64,000 nucleotides of DNA from an uncultured Thermoanaerobaculia bacterium (GTDB lineage: Bacteria > Acidobacteriota > Thermoanaerobaculia > Multivoradales > JAGPDF01). A model generated the notes under the pieces. The model saw nothing but the letters and a program-made list of their open reading frames with translations, was not told where the DNA came from and did not search any database. Both the position numbers and the translations under genes were made by a program. Where the stretch lies: the NCBI GenBank assembly GCA_964476605.1, contig CAYZBH010000006.1, forward strand, positions 5,476 through 69,475, read 5' to 3'. Shown piece after piece: positions 43,905-54,184 of this stretch; within the stretch, counting starts at the first letter, position 1; each line of letters opens with the position of its first letter.

Positions 43905-44604
43905 AGATCAGCGGATGCGCGTGCAGGCCGTCGAGCGGCAGCTCCTCGAGACGCCGATCGACGAGCAGGGCACGCGTCGGCGCGAAGACGCCGGGCGCCA
44001 GATCGTGCGTCGCGAGCACGATCGAGGTCGTCTCCGGAAGCTGCGCCACGAGCTCCCAGAGGGCACGCCGCGACGGCTCGTCGAGCGACGCCGTGGGCTC
44101 GTCGAGCACCAGGAGATCGGGGTGCGAGACCAGAGCGCGAGCCACCATCGCCCGCTTGAGCTCGCCCCCCGAGAGCTCGTCGAGGTAGGCGCCGGCGAGC
44201 TCGCCGAGGCCGAGCCGCTCGAGCATCGCGTGCATCGCGGCGCGCGCCTCGGCGTCCAAGCGACGGAGCGGCCGCCTGTCCGCCAGGCGGCCGTGCAGGA
44301 CCATCTCGGCGACGCGGATCGGAAAGTGACGGTCGAAGGCGGGGAACTGCGGGACGTACCCGAGCCGGATGCGCGCCCGCGGAATCTCCCAGCGGCTTCG
44401 CCCCGAAGTGGGCTCCCGCAGCCCGAGCAGCAGCTTGAGGAGAGTCGTCTTGCCGCCGCCGTTGGGACCCAGGAGCGCGAGCCGCTCGCCGCGCGCGAGC
44501 GTCAGCTCGAGCGGCTCGAGCGCGAGATCGGCGCCATAGCGGTAACCCGCGCGCTCCAGGCGAACGATCGGCTCCCCCGCTCTCCGCGTCCGCTCGCCGG
44601 TCAT
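43885..44604 (-). CDS. Metal ABC transporter ATP-binding protein (ZnuC-like).
   Basis: Walker A GPNGGGKTT, signature LSGGELKRAMVA, Walker B LLVLDEPTASLD, H-loop ATHD. Confidence 0.85.
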   Translation of the reverse strand: MTGERTRRAGEPIVRLERAGYRYGADLALEPLELTLARGERLALLGPNGGGKTTLLKLLLGLREPTSGRSRWEIPRARIRLGYVPQFPAFDRHFPIRVAEMVLHGRLADRRPLRRLDAEARAAMHAMLERLGLGELAGAYLDELSGGELKRAMVARALVSHPDLLVLDEPTASLDEPSRRALWELVAQLPETTSIVLATHDLAPGVFAPTRALLVDRRLEELPLDGLHAHPLICGHTHG

Positions 44605-44623
44605 CGGCGCGGATGATACGCGA

Positions 44624-46123
44624 TTATCCGAAGAGCCGAGGCGCCGCGCCGTGGCGCTCGAGGTATCGACGCAGGCGGAGCTTGCGGAGCGTGTTGGCCG
44701 AGCTCATGAAACGCACGGTTCCGAAGACCGGCCGCTCGGGACCCCACGGCCGGTCGAATCGCCCGAGGCACCAGAAGATGCCCGAGAGCGAGTTCGGATC
44801 GCGCCCGTCGAGCGCCCAGCGGTCGTTGAGCTCGAGCATGGTCTCGAGGGCGCTCTCGGGATCCCGGGACCACTCGAGGATCCGCTTTCCCCAGAGCATG
44901 CGCAGGTAGTTGTGGATGCGCCCCTCGAGCAGCAACTCCCGCTGCGCCGCGTTCCAGAGCGGGTCGGACGTCTCCGCGCGCTCGAGCCGGTCGAGCGGAT
45001 AGAGCGTCTCGCGCGGATCGCCCGCGTGCCGCGCCAGGGTCGCGAGCGCCCAGCTGGGGAGCGACGCGTAGCGATCGGCGTCGGGGCGATGGCGGAGGAA
45101 GTGGAATCCGAGCTCGCGCCAGGTGACCGCCTGGTCGAGGAAGGCCTCGGCTGACCGGGAGGTCCCCCACCACCCTTCGCGCGCACCGCTCGCAGACCGC
45201 GCGATGTCTTCCGGAGACCAGCGCTCGCGCTCGGCGAGCATCGCCAGAAGCTGATGACTGCCGAGATGCCCGAAGTGAAGGTAGGGCGAGAGGCCGCTCG
45301 TCGCCTCCTCGTCCGGATGGTTGCGCTGCTCGGCATAGCGCGCGAGCCGACGATCGAGGAACTCCTCCAACTTCCGTCCCGCCGCTCCGGCTCCGCCCGG
45401 CGTTCCGGGGACCGGCGGCACGCCATGGTCGATGGGCAGGCGAGCGAGGGCTTCGGCGCTGCCTCCGAGGAGCTCCTCGCCCGCTTCCGGCCAGCGGCGG
45501 AGGATCTCCTCGGGCAGCGTCGCGAGCCGGGGCAGCTCGAGCCGGGCCAAGGGCTCGGCGCACGGGAGGGCCCCCAGGTGCGCGGGCAGCTCCCGCTGCA
45601 GGATGCGCCGGAAAGCGTAGGCGGTCGCCGGCGCCGCGGAGGTCGCGAGGAGCGGCAGCAACCCGTTGCCGTCCACCGCTTCCAGACGGCAGGCCACCTG
45701 ACGCGCCGCGAGCGCGAGCTGGCGTGGCAGGTGATAGCTCGGTGTGTCGTCGGTGACGATCGCCGCGGCGTGGCGCGAGAGCTCCGCGAGCAGTCCCCTG
45801 CCGGCTCCCTTCTCCGGCTCGACGTAGGGATAGAAGAAGACAGGGCTTCGCGCGGCGCGCGCCCGGTTCTCCACCATCCCCTGGAGCACGAAGCGGTGCA
45901 GGCGGTCGCTCGCCCAGGGATAGTCGACCCGCAGCGCCTCGAGCACCAGGAGCGGGCGCGAGAGCTCGCGAGCGAGCTCGATCGCGCGGTCGAGCGCGAA
46001 GCTCCAGGCGAGACGCCTCGCGGCGGTCATCCAGTAGAGGACGTAGCGTCCGCCGGGTTCGACCGGTCGGTCGACCAGCGCACGGATCCGGCCCGGGGGG
46101 ACCTGCGGGACGCGAAAGCTCAA
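44624..46123 (-). CDS. phr: Deoxyribodipyrimidine photolyase (class II CPD photolyase-like).
   Basis: 499 aa. C-terminal FAD-binding region LNDRWALDGRDPNSLSGIFWCLGRFDRPWGPERPVFGTVRFMSSANTLRKL and N-terminal photolyase alpha/beta domain (YVLYWMTAARRLAWSFALDRAIE). Confidence 0.85.
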   Translation of the reverse strand: MSFRVPQVPPGRIRALVDRPVEPGGRYVLYWMTAARRLAWSFALDRAIELARELSRPLLVLEALRVDYPWASDRLHRFVLQGMVENRARAARSPVFFYPYVEPEKGAGRGLLAELSRHAAAIVTDDTPSYHLPRQLALAARQVACRLEAVDGNGLLPLLATSAAPATAYAFRRILQRELPAHLGALPCAEPLARLELPRLATLPEEILRRWPEAGEELLGGSAEALARLPIDHGVPPVPGTPGGAGAAGRKLEEFLDRRLARYAEQRNHPDEEATSGLSPYLHFGHLGSHQLLAMLAERERWSPEDIARSASGAREGWWGTSRSAEAFLDQAVTWRELGFHFLRHRPDADRYASLPSWALATLARHAGDPRETLYPLDRLERAETSDPLWNAAQRELLLEGRIHNYLRMLWGKRILEWSRDPESALETMLELNDRWALDGRDPNSLSGIFWCLGRFDRPWGPERPVFGTVRFMSSANTLRKLRLRRYLERHGAAPRLFG

Positions 46124-46189
46124 GGACGCACCGGACGCGATGTTACGTCGAGCGCACCCCGGCGGGCCGCCTCCCGTTTCGAGCGGGAC

Positions 46190-47179
46190 CTACCAGAACT
46201 CCAGCAGGTCCCCCCCTTCGAAAGCGGCCACGAGCAGGAGCTCCGGGGGCACGAACTGCACCGGGTCGCCGGCGACCTCGAGCGCGATCGGGTTGCCGTC
46301 CGGGTCGACGAGCGCGGTCGCGGGCCCCAGGCCGAGCGGCACCAGCGTTCCCACCGGCACGTCGGCGCGCGACGGGATGGCGACGCTCAGGAAGAGCCCG
46401 TGCAGGTCGGCGTTGAGATCCCCATCGGGCGACTCGAAGGTCACCAGGATCTGACCGGGCACCGGTTCGGAGAGGGCCGTGATCGACCCCGACCCGTAGC
46501 GCGGGTCGATCTTCACGACCGCCGGGCCATCGGCGAAGGAGGGATCGTAGAGGAGCTCGAGCGTGCCGCCGCCGATCGCGAGCGGATTGGGGGTCGCCGC
46601 CCCGAAGACCACGATCTCGCCGGGGAAGAAGTCGTCGCCGAGGGCCGCGAGACCGAGGCCCGGGTCGGGCGTCCGCAGTCGCAGGCGACCCTTCCCGGGG
46701 AGCGTCGGAACGGCGCTCGCGTCGGCCGCGACGACCGTGGTGTCTGGGTGGATCCGAATCTCGAAGCGCGTGTTCTCCGCGATTCCAAGACTCAACTGGA
46801 AGCGGAGCACGACGAGCGGGCCGTAGAGGTCGTTGAGCGTGGCGGTCGCCGAGGTGATGGTCACCTCGGTGCGCTGCGCGACGGGGTCGAGGGTCGCCGA
46901 GACGAGGGCATCGTCCGCCCCCGAGAAGGCGGTGGCCTGGATCAGCGAGGCGAAGGGGAGGATCGGCAGCCCGTTGCGCTCACGCGCCTCGAGCGCGAAG
47001 GCGACCGACGCGAGCGGTCGATCGGCGACCGTGCGCACGATGACGTTCACGGCGCTGTCCGGCGCCGCCTCGACGCTCTCCACGAGGAGCCCCAGCGGGA
47101 GGACCTGCGCCAGGGAGGCCCCGGCGCAGAGACACCCCACCAGGCAACCGACCACGACTCCGACAGTGCTCTTCCGCAT
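46190..47179 (-). CDS. Secreted hypothetical protein (329 aa, beta-rich).
   Basis: Signal peptide MRKSTVGVVVGCLVGCLCAGASLA. A GGAGGAGGATGAAGG-type Shine-Dalgarno lies upstream. Low Arg bias. No recognisable domain. Confidence 0.55.
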   Translation of the reverse strand: MRKSTVGVVVGCLVGCLCAGASLAQVLPLGLLVESVEAAPDSAVNVIVRTVADRPLASVAFALEARERNGLPILPFASLIQATAFSGADDALVSATLDPVAQRTEVTITSATATLNDLYGPLVVLRFQLSLGIAENTRFEIRIHPDTTVVAADASAVPTLPGKGRLRLRTPDPGLGLAALGDDFFPGEIVVFGAATPNPLAIGGGTLELLYDPSFADGPAVVKIDPRYGSGSITALSEPVPGQILVTFESPDGDLNADLHGLFLSVAIPSRADVPVGTLVPLGLGPATALVDPDGNPIALEVAGDPVQFVPPELLLVAAFEGGDLLEFW

Positions 47180-47382
47180 CCTTCATCCTCCTCCAGGCCT
47201 CCGGATCAAGTCCTTCCCCAGCCACTTCGACAGCCGAACCGGCGCTTCGGAACAGAGGCCAGGGGAGCCGAGACCCTAGCCGGCACCGCATGGCCTGACC
47301 AGAGGTCCAGGGGCAGGTCGAACGAACCCCTTTTGGGCGGGTGCGACCCCACCCCCGGCCGTTCGCCTCGTAGAATGGTGTC

Positions 47383-48747
47383 GTGGGCGATCCTCCGGCG
47401 CGGCGGCTCTCCGCCTTCTGGGACCTCCTCTGGGCGCTCGCCGCGGCATCCGCCGTGGCTCTTCTCGCGCGCGTCGGTGGGGCCAACGCCACGACCGCCG
47501 GGTTCCTCTTCCTGCTCGGCGTCCTCGGCGTCGCATCCCGCCGTGGGCTGGTTGCCGGGCTCTGTTCTTCCTTGCTCTCCGCCCTGGCCTACAACTTCTT
47601 CTTCTTCCCCCCCTACTACACGTTCACCATCGCCGAACCGGCGAACTGGGTCGCGCTCGTCGCCTTCGCCGGCGCCGCCGTCATCTCGGGCCGCCTGCTC
47701 GCAGCCGCGCGCCGCCGCGCCGAGGAGGCGGAGTCGCGCCGGCGTGAGACCCAGATCCTCTACGACCTCTGCTTCGGCCTCTTCGCGGCGACCAACCGGC
47801 CGGACGGGCTCGCCGCCGACCTGGGGCGCACCGTTGCTGCTCTCGGCGCGACCGGCGCCGAGCTCTCTCTCGAAGATGGAGTGGGCACGCGGCGGATTCG
47901 GATCGGCGAGGAGGCGGGCACCAGCCCCGCCATCCCGCTCGAGATCGGCGGCGACCGGATGGGTGAGCTCCGGCTCCGCGGCGCCGAGCTCCCGGAGCCC
48001 CTTCTCGCCTCCGCGGGTCGCCTCGTGGCGCTCGCGATCGAGCGCGAGCGGCTGATCGCGGAATCGGCGGCGGCCGAGGCCCTGGCGGCGAGCGATCGAT
48101 CCAAGACAGCCCTCCTGCGAGCGGTCTCGCACGACCTGCGGAGCCCCTTGACCGCCATGGCGCTCGATCTCGAAGGGGTCCTGCGCGGCCTCTCGACCGA
48201 CTCTCCCGCTCGGGAGCGGCTGCTCGCCGTCGAGCGCGAGCGCGAGCGGCTCGATCGCCGGGTGGGAAACCTCCTCGCCGCCGCACGCCTCGAGGCGGGG
48301 CTGCTCCACCCCGCGCGCGAGCCGACTCCTCCCGCCGAGCTGCTTCACCGGGCGACCGACCACCTCTCCCGTATCCTCGCCGGCCGCCTGGTCGCCTACC
48401 GGGTCGAGGTGGAAGTCCCCGACGTCCTGGTCGATCCTCCGCTGATCGACGAGGTGCTGGTCAACCTGATCGACAACGCCGCCCGCCTCTCGCCTCCCGA
48501 AACGCCGATCGAGCTCGCGGCGGCGGCGGAAGTGGGCGGCGCGAGCGTCGTCCTCGATGTGCTCGATCGGGGACCTGGGCCTCCCGAAGGGTGGCAGGAA
48601 GGGACGCGGGGAGGGCTCGGGCTCGCCATTGCCCGCCAGCTCGCGGCGGCTTGCGGCGGCGAGGTGGAGCTCCACGCCCGTGAGGGCGGAGGCACCCGGG
48701 CCCGGATTCGACTCCCTGCGGCGGCCGCGGCCACGGTGGAGACATGA
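47383..48747 (+). CDS. kdpD: KdpD-like histidine kinase core (DUF4118 TM module plus HisKA plus HATPase_c), lacking the N-terminal KdpD/Usp sensor domains.
   Basis: GTG start at 47383. DUF4118 signature LSALAYNFFFFPPYYTFTIAEPANW, H-box LRAVSHDLRSPLTAM, N/G boxes LVNLIDNAARLSPPE and DRGPGPPEG...GGLGLAIARQL. Confidence 0.85.
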   Translation: MGDPPARRLSAFWDLLWALAAASAVALLARVGGANATTAGFLFLLGVLGVASRRGLVAGLCSSLLSALAYNFFFFPPYYTFTIAEPANWVALVAFAGAAVISGRLLAAARRRAEEAESRRRETQILYDLCFGLFAATNRPDGLAADLGRTVAALGATGAELSLEDGVGTRRIRIGEEAGTSPAIPLEIGGDRMGELRLRGAELPEPLLASAGRLVALAIERERLIAESAAAEALAASDRSKTALLRAVSHDLRSPLTAMALDLEGVLRGLSTDSPARERLLAVERERERLDRRVGNLLAAARLEAGLLHPAREPTPPAELLHRATDHLSRILAGRLVAYRVEVEVPDVLVDPPLIDEVLVNLIDNAARLSPPETPIELAAAAEVGGASVVLDVLDRGPGPPEGWQEGTRGGLGLAIARQLAAACGGEVELHAREGGGTRARIRLPAAAAATVET

Positions 48748-49439
48748 CGCCGCGGATCCTCGTGCTCGTGGTCGACGACGACCCCGCGATCCGGCGCGCC
48801 CTCGCCACCGAGCTCGCCGAGTCCGGTTTCGTCGTTCTCACGGCGAACGACGGCGAGGAGGCGCTCGGCCGCTACCGCGAAGCCGCTCCCGATCTCGTCG
48901 TCACCGATCTCGCGATGCCGCGCCGGGACGGGCTTTCGCTGGTCCGCGAGCTGCGCAAGATGGGCGAAACGCCGATCCTCGTCCTCTCGGTGCGGGGGGA
49001 AGAGGAGGACAAGGTCCGCGCTCTCGACGCGGGCGCCGACGACTACCTCACGAAGCCGTTTTCGATGCGCGAGCTCGAGGCTCGCCTGCGGGCTCAGGCG
49101 CGGCGCGCCGGCGGCGGCGCCGGCGCGGTCCGTCGCTTCGCCGACCTGACGATCGATCTCGATCGGCGCCGGATCGTGCAGGGGGAACGCGACGTCCATC
49201 TCACTCCGACCGAGCTCGCCCTGCTCGACCTGCTCTCGGCCAACCCGGGCCGGCCGCTCACTTTCCGTCAGATCGTGGCGCGGGTCTGGCGCGGCGCGCC
49301 GGGAACCACGCACGACACGGTCCGGGTGCACGTCGGCTCGCTCCGCCGCAAGCTCGAGCCCGACCCCGGAAACCCGCGCTACGTCGGCACCGAGCCCTGG
49401 GTCGGCTATCGTTTTCTCGCCGAGCCGCTCGATCTTTAG
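48744..49439 (+). CDS. kdpE: KdpE response regulator (OmpR family).
   Basis: ATG overlaps the kinase stop (ATGA). MTPRILVLVVDDDPAIRRAL...DLAMPRRDG...DDYLTKPFSMRELEARL...LTPTELALLDLL...VRVHVGSLRRKLEPDP. Confidence 0.9.
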   Translation: MTPRILVLVVDDDPAIRRALATELAESGFVVLTANDGEEALGRYREAAPDLVVTDLAMPRRDGLSLVRELRKMGETPILVLSVRGEEEDKVRALDAGADDYLTKPFSMRELEARLRAQARRAGGGAGAVRRFADLTIDLDRRRIVQGERDVHLTPTELALLDLLSANPGRPLTFRQIVARVWRGAPGTTHDTVRVHVGSLRRKLEPDPGNPRYVGTEPWVGYRFLAEPLDL

Positions 49440-49529
49440 GGACTCTTTCGCCCCCCCTTCGCCCCTCTTTCGCCGCGCGGTAGCAGATTCCTCTCGACGC
49501 CGGACTTCCCCGGCGCCGGGAGGAATCGG
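49440..49529 (+). promoter_or_regulatory. Candidate kdpFABC promoter / KdpE operator region.
   Basis: A 90-nt intergenic region lies between kdpE and the first small ORF of the kdp structural operon, with a GGGAGG Shine-Dalgarno at its 3' end. By analogy with E. coli, KdpE binds immediately upstream of kdpF. No operator was identified by eye. Confidence 0.25.
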
Positions 49530-49628
49530 ATGCAAGATCTTCTCTACGTCGCCCTGACCGCCGCCTTCTTCGCGGCGGCCTGGGGCCTCACGCTCGCCTT
49601 CGAGCGTCTCGAGCGGAGGAAGCCGTGA
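49530..49628 (+). CDS. Small hydrophobic peptide (32 aa), possibly a second KdpF-like peptide or leader.
   Basis: ATG with a GGGAGG Shine-Dalgarno 6 nt upstream. [32 protein letters not shown] is a single TM helix. Its stop overlaps the GTG of the downstream KdpF-like ORF (GTGA). Confidence 0.3.
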   Translation: MQDLLYVALTAAFFAAAWGLTLAFERLERRKP

Positions 49629-49717
49629 GCGGCCTCTACGCGGTGGGCTTCGCGCTCGCGCTCGTGCTCGCGCTCTACCTCTTCGTCGCCCTCTTCGAGC
49701 CGGAGAGATTCGGATGA
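49625..49717 (+). CDS. kdpF: KdpF (K+-ATPase small subunit).
   Basis: [30 protein letters not shown] (30 aa) resembles KdpF (cf. the M. tuberculosis ...AFLFAALLFPEKF ending). Its stop overlaps the kdpA ATG (ATGA at 49714-49717). Confidence 0.55.
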   Translation: MSGLYAVGFALALVLALYLFVALFEPERFG

Positions 49718-51462
49718 GCGCCAACGGCTGGCTCCAGCTCGCCGTCTACATGGCGGCGCTCCTCCTGCTCGCCAAGCCGCTCGGCGAGTACATGGCGCGC
49801 GTCTTCGAGAACCGCCCGTGCGGCCTCGACCGCCTGCTCGGCCCGCTCGAGCGGCTGATCTACCGCGCGAGCGGCGTCCGCCCCGACGTCGAGATGACCT
49901 GGAAGAGCTACGCCGGCGCCATGCTGGCCTTCAACTTCCTCGGCCTGCTCGCGGTCTATCTCCTGCACCGCGTCCAGCACCTGCTGCCCTGGAACCCGGC
50001 CGGGCTCGGCCCGGTCGCGCCGCACAGCGCCTGGAACACGGCGGTGAGCTTCGCCTCCAACACCAACTGGCAGAACTACGGCGGCGAGACGACGCTCTCC
50101 TACCTCACCCAGATGCTCGGTCTGACGGTGCAGAACTTCGTCTCGGCCGCGACCGGGATCGCGGTGCTCTTGGCGCTCGTCCGCGGCATCGTGCGCTCCT
50201 CGACCGACAAGATCGGCAACTTCTGGTTCGATCTCGTCCGCTCGACTCTCTACATCCTGCTGCCGCTCTCGCTGCTGCTCGCGCTCATGCTGGTTTCGCA
50301 GGGGGTGGTGCAGACGCTCTCGCCGTACGCGCAGGCCCAGCTCGTCGAGCCCTTGGCCGGCGCCCACGGCGGCACCGTGGCGACGCAGACGCTGGCGCTC
50401 GGGCCAGCTGCGTCGCAGGTCGCCATCAAGCAGCTCGGCACGAACGGCGGCGGCTTCTTCAACATCAACTCCTCGCATCCCTTCGAGAACGCGACTCCGC
50501 TCGCGAACTGGCTCGAGCTGCTCGCCATCCTCCTCGTCTCGGCGGCGCTCTGCTTCGCCTTCGGACGGATGGTGCGCGAGCCGCGGCAGGGCATCGCCCT
50601 GCTCGCCGCCATGACGCTGATCTTCGTCCCGCTGCTCGGCCTCACAGCCTGGGCGGAGCAGCAGGGGACGCCCGTCCTCGCCGGCGCGGGGATCGACCTC
50701 GCGGCGAGCGACCTTCAGGCCGGTGGCAACATGGAAGGCAAGGAGGTCCGCTTCGGCATCGCGAACTCGGCGCTCTGGGCGACCGCCACCACCGCCGCCT
50801 CCAACGGCTCGGTCAACTCGATGCACGACTCCTTCACGCCGCTCGGTGGCCTCGTCCCGATGTGGCTGATGCAGCTCGGCGAGGTGATCTACGGCGGCGT
50901 CGGCTCCGGGCTCTACGGCCTGCTGATGTTCGCCATCGTCGCCGTCTTCGTCGCCGGGCTCATGGTCGGCCGGACGCCCGAGTACCTGGGCAAGAAGATC
51001 GAGGCGCACGAGATGAAGGCCGCGGCGCTCACCCTGTTGGTGCCGCCGATCGTGGTGCTGGTCGGCACCGCCGTCGCGGTGGTCTCCCCGAGCGGCCTCA
51101 CCGGTCTCGCCAACCCCGGGGCGCACGGCCTCTCGGAGATCCTCTACGCCTTCTCCTCGGCCGGCAACAACAACGGCAGTGCCTTCGCCGGCCTCTCGGT
51201 CAACACCCCCTTCTACAACTTGCTGCTCGGCTTCGCGATGCTCTTCGCCCGCTATTTCCTGGCAGTGCCGGTGCTCGCGATCGCCGGCTCGCTGGCGGCG
51301 AAGAAGCGCATCCCCGTAGGCCCGGGAACGCTGCCCACGCACAACGCGCTCTTCGTCGGCCTCCTGGTCGGCGTCGTGCTCATCGTCGGAGCGCTGACCT
51401 TCCTTCCCGCGCTCGCCTTGGGACCCATCGCCGAGCACTTGCAGATGATCGCGGCACGCTGA
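49714..51462 (+). CDS. kdpA: Potassium-transporting ATPase subunit A.
   Basis: 582 aa with [31 protein letters not shown]...[19 protein letters not shown]...GTNGGGFFN. Canonical KdpA. Confidence 0.95.
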   Translation: MSANGWLQLAVYMAALLLLAKPLGEYMARVFENRPCGLDRLLGPLERLIYRASGVRPDVEMTWKSYAGAMLAFNFLGLLAVYLLHRVQHLLPWNPAGLGPVAPHSAWNTAVSFASNTNWQNYGGETTLSYLTQMLGLTVQNFVSAATGIAVLLALVRGIVRSSTDKIGNFWFDLVRSTLYILLPLSLLLALMLVSQGVVQTLSPYAQAQLVEPLAGAHGGTVATQTLALGPAASQVAIKQLGTNGGGFFNINSSHPFENATPLANWLELLAILLVSAALCFAFGRMVREPRQGIALLAAMTLIFVPLLGLTAWAEQQGTPVLAGAGIDLAASDLQAGGNMEGKEVRFGIANSALWATATTAASNGSVNSMHDSFTPLGGLVPMWLMQLGEVIYGGVGSGLYGLLMFAIVAVFVAGLMVGRTPEYLGKKIEAHEMKAAALTLLVPPIVVLVGTAVAVVSPSGLTGLANPGAHGLSEILYAFSSAGNNNGSAFAGLSVNTPFYNLLLGFAMLFARYFLAVPVLAIAGSLAAKKRIPVGPGTLPTHNALFVGLLVGVVLIVGALTFLPALALGPIAEHLQMIAAR

Positions 51463-51486
51463 CGCGCCGCGCCCCGGAGATCGAAC

Positions 51487-53553
51487 ATGTCCCGTCGCAA
51501 GACTCCTCTCTTCGACCCCGCGATCACCCGCCGCGCGGTGGTCGACTCGTTCAAGAAGCTCCACCCCAGAACACAGCTTCGTAACCCGGTGATGTTCGTG
51601 GTCTACGTCGGGAGCCTCCTGGTGACCGCTCTCTGGGTGAGCGCCCTGCTCGGTCACGGCGAGACCGCCGCCGGCTTCACTCTCGCGATCGCCCTCTGGC
51701 TCTGGTTCACGGTGCTCTTCGCCAACTTCGCGGAGGCGATGGCCGAAGGGCGCGGCAAGGCACAGGCCGACTCGCTCCGCCAGGCGCGGCGCGACGTCAT
51801 GGCCAAGGAGCTCGCCACGCCCGACCGTCTCGCGCCCTTCCACATCATCCCGGCCCATCAGCTCGAGAAAGGCGTCTACGTCCTGGTCGAGGCGGGGGAC
51901 ACGATCCCGGTCGACGGCGAGGTGGTCCAGGGGATCGCCTCGGTCAACGAGAGCGCGGTCACCGGCGAGAGCGCGCCGGTGATCCGCGAGAGCGGCGGCG
52001 ACCGCAGCGCGGTGACCGGTGGCACGGTGGTGCTCTCCGACTGGCTGGTGATCCGGGTCACGGCCGAGCCCGGACACTCCTTCCTCGACCGCATGATCTC
52101 CCTGATCGAGGGAGCGCGTCGCCAGAAGACGCCCAACGAGATCGCGCTCACCATCCTCCTCGCCGCCCTCACCCTGGTCTTCCTGCTCGCGGTCGCGACC
52201 CTGCTGCCGCTGTCGATCTACAGCGCCGGCGCCGCCGGCAAGGGGGCGCCGATCTCGGTGACGGTCCTGGTGGCGCTGCTGGTCTGCCTCATTCCCACCA
52301 CCATCGGCGGCCTCCTCTCGGCGATCGGTATCGCCGGCATGGACCGCATGATCCAGGCGAACGTCATCGCCACCTCCGGCAAGGCGGTCGAGGCGGCCGG
52401 GGACGTCGACGTGCTGATGCTCGACAAGACCGGCACCATCACCCTCGGCAATCGCCAGGCGACCCGCTTCCTCCCTGCGCCCGGCGTGAGCGAGAAGGAA
52501 CTGGCCGATGCCGCCCAGCTCGCGTCGCTCGCCGACGAGACGCCGGAGGGGCGGAGCATCGTCGTCCTCGCCAAGCAGAAGTTCAATCTGCGGGAGCGCA
52601 AGGTCGAGGAGCTCGGCGCGACGTTCGTTCCGTTCACCGCCCAGACCCGGATGAGCGGCGTCGATCTCGACGGGCGGCGAATCCGCAAGGGGGCCGACGA
52701 CGCGGTCACCGCGTTCGTCACCGAGCTCGGCGGCGCCGTCCCGGCGCAGATCCGTCAGGCGGTCGACGAAATCGCGACCTCGGGAGGAACCCCGCTCGTG
52801 GTTGCCGACGGGGCGAACACTCTCGGCGTCGTGCAGCTCAAGGACATCGTCAAGGGAGGGCTTCGCGAGCGATTCGGAGAGCTCCGGCGGATGGGCATCA
52901 AGACGGTGATGATCACCGGCGACAATCCGCTGACCGCCGCCGCGATCGCGGCCGAGGCGGGCGTCGACGACTTCCTAGCCCAGGCGACCCCGGAGGCCAA
53001 GCTCAAGCTGATCCGCCACTATCAGCAAGGGGGGCGCCTCGTCGCGATGACCGGTGACGGCACCAACGACGCGCCGGCGCTCGCCCAGGCCGACGTCGCG
53101 GTGGCGATGAACAGCGGCACCCAGGCCGCCAAGGAAGCCTCCAACATGGTCGATCTCGACTCGAATCCGACCAAGCTCCTCGAGACGGTGGAGATCGGCA
53201 AGCAGCTCCTCATGACCCGCGGCTCGCTCACGACCTTCTCGATCGCCAACGACGTCGCCAAGTACTTCGCCATCCTGCCGGCCGCCTTCGCGGCCACCTA
53301 CCCGGCGCTCGACGCGCTCGATTTGATGCGGCTCGCGAGTCCCTCGAGCGCCATCCTCTCGGCGGTGATCTTCAACGCGCTCGTCATCATCGCGCTGATC
53401 CCGCTGGCCCTCAGGGGCGTCCGCTACCGGCCGCTCGCGGCCGCGCAGCTGCTGCGCCGCAATCTCCTCGTCTTCGGGCTCGGCGGCCTCGTCGTCCCCT
53501 TCGTCGGCATCAAGCTCATCGATCTCGTGCTCTCCGCCTTGCGGCTCGTCTGA
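51487..53553 (+). CDS. kdpB: Potassium-transporting ATPase subunit B (P-type ATPase).
   Basis: 688 aa with [28 protein letters not shown] and the KdpB N-terminus [25 protein letters not shown]. Confidence 0.95.
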   Translation: MSRRKTPLFDPAITRRAVVDSFKKLHPRTQLRNPVMFVVYVGSLLVTALWVSALLGHGETAAGFTLAIALWLWFTVLFANFAEAMAEGRGKAQADSLRQARRDVMAKELATPDRLAPFHIIPAHQLEKGVYVLVEAGDTIPVDGEVVQGIASVNESAVTGESAPVIRESGGDRSAVTGGTVVLSDWLVIRVTAEPGHSFLDRMISLIEGARRQKTPNEIALTILLAALTLVFLLAVATLLPLSIYSAGAAGKGAPISVTVLVALLVCLIPTTIGGLLSAIGIAGMDRMIQANVIATSGKAVEAAGDVDVLMLDKTGTITLGNRQATRFLPAPGVSEKELADAAQLASLADETPEGRSIVVLAKQKFNLRERKVEELGATFVPFTAQTRMSGVDLDGRRIRKGADDAVTAFVTELGGAVPAQIRQAVDEIATSGGTPLVVADGANTLGVVQLKDIVKGGLRERFGELRRMGIKTVMITGDNPLTAAAIAAEAGVDDFLAQATPEAKLKLIRHYQQGGRLVAMTGDGTNDAPALAQADVAVAMNSGTQAAKEASNMVDLDSNPTKLLETVEIGKQLLMTRGSLTTFSIANDVAKYFAILPAAFAATYPALDALDLMRLASPSSAILSAVIFNALVIIALIPLALRGVRYRPLAAAQLLRRNLLVFGLGGLVVPFVGIKLIDLVLSALRLV

Positions 53554-53566
53554 GGAGGTTCTCGCC

Positions 53567-54178
53567 ATGCTCGCCAGCATCGTTCCCGCGCTCCGGACCC
53601 TGCTCGTCCTCACGCTCCTCACCGGCCTCGCCTATCCCCTGACGGTGACCGGCCTCGCCAAGCTCGCCTTCGCCGACCAGGCTTCCGGCAGCCTCATCGA
53701 GCGCGACGGGCGGATCGTCGGCTCGCGCCTCATCGGCCAACCCTTCTCCGGCGAGCGCTACTTCTGGGGGCGCCCGTCGGCGACCGCGCCGACGCCCTAC
53801 AACGGCGGCGCCTCGAGCGGCGCCAACGCCGGCCCGACGAATCCGGCGCTCGCCGAACGTCTCGCGGCCGACGTCGCGCGCCTCCGCGCCGCTCATCCGA
53901 CCCGCAGCGGACCGGTGCCGGTCGACCTCGTCACCATGTCGGCGAGCGGGCTCGATCCGCACATCAGCCCCGCCGCCGCTCTCTACCAGGTCGATCGCGT
54001 CGCCGCCGCCCGCGGCCTGGCGCCGGCCGCGGTGCGCGCCCTGGTCGAGCGCCACGTCGAACCGCGCCAGCTCGGCTTCCTCGGAGAGCCGCGGGTGAAC
54101 GTGCTGGAGCTCAACCTCGCGCTCGACGACGCCTCCCCGGCGGCGCATGGAACCTCCCCGGCCCCGGGGGGAGAATAG
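53567..54178 (+). CDS. kdpC: Potassium-transporting ATPase subunit C.
   Basis: 203 aa with N-terminal TM, then [19 protein letters not shown]...[18 protein letters not shown] (KdpC signature). Confidence 0.9.
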   Translation: MLASIVPALRTLLVLTLLTGLAYPLTVTGLAKLAFADQASGSLIERDGRIVGSRLIGQPFSGERYFWGRPSATAPTPYNGGASSGANAGPTNPALAERLAADVARLRAAHPTRSGPVPVDLVTMSASGLDPHISPAAALYQVDRVAAARGLAPAAVRALVERHVEPRQLGFLGEPRVNVLELNLALDDASPAAHGTSPAPGGE

Positions 54179-54184
54179 ACGTCG

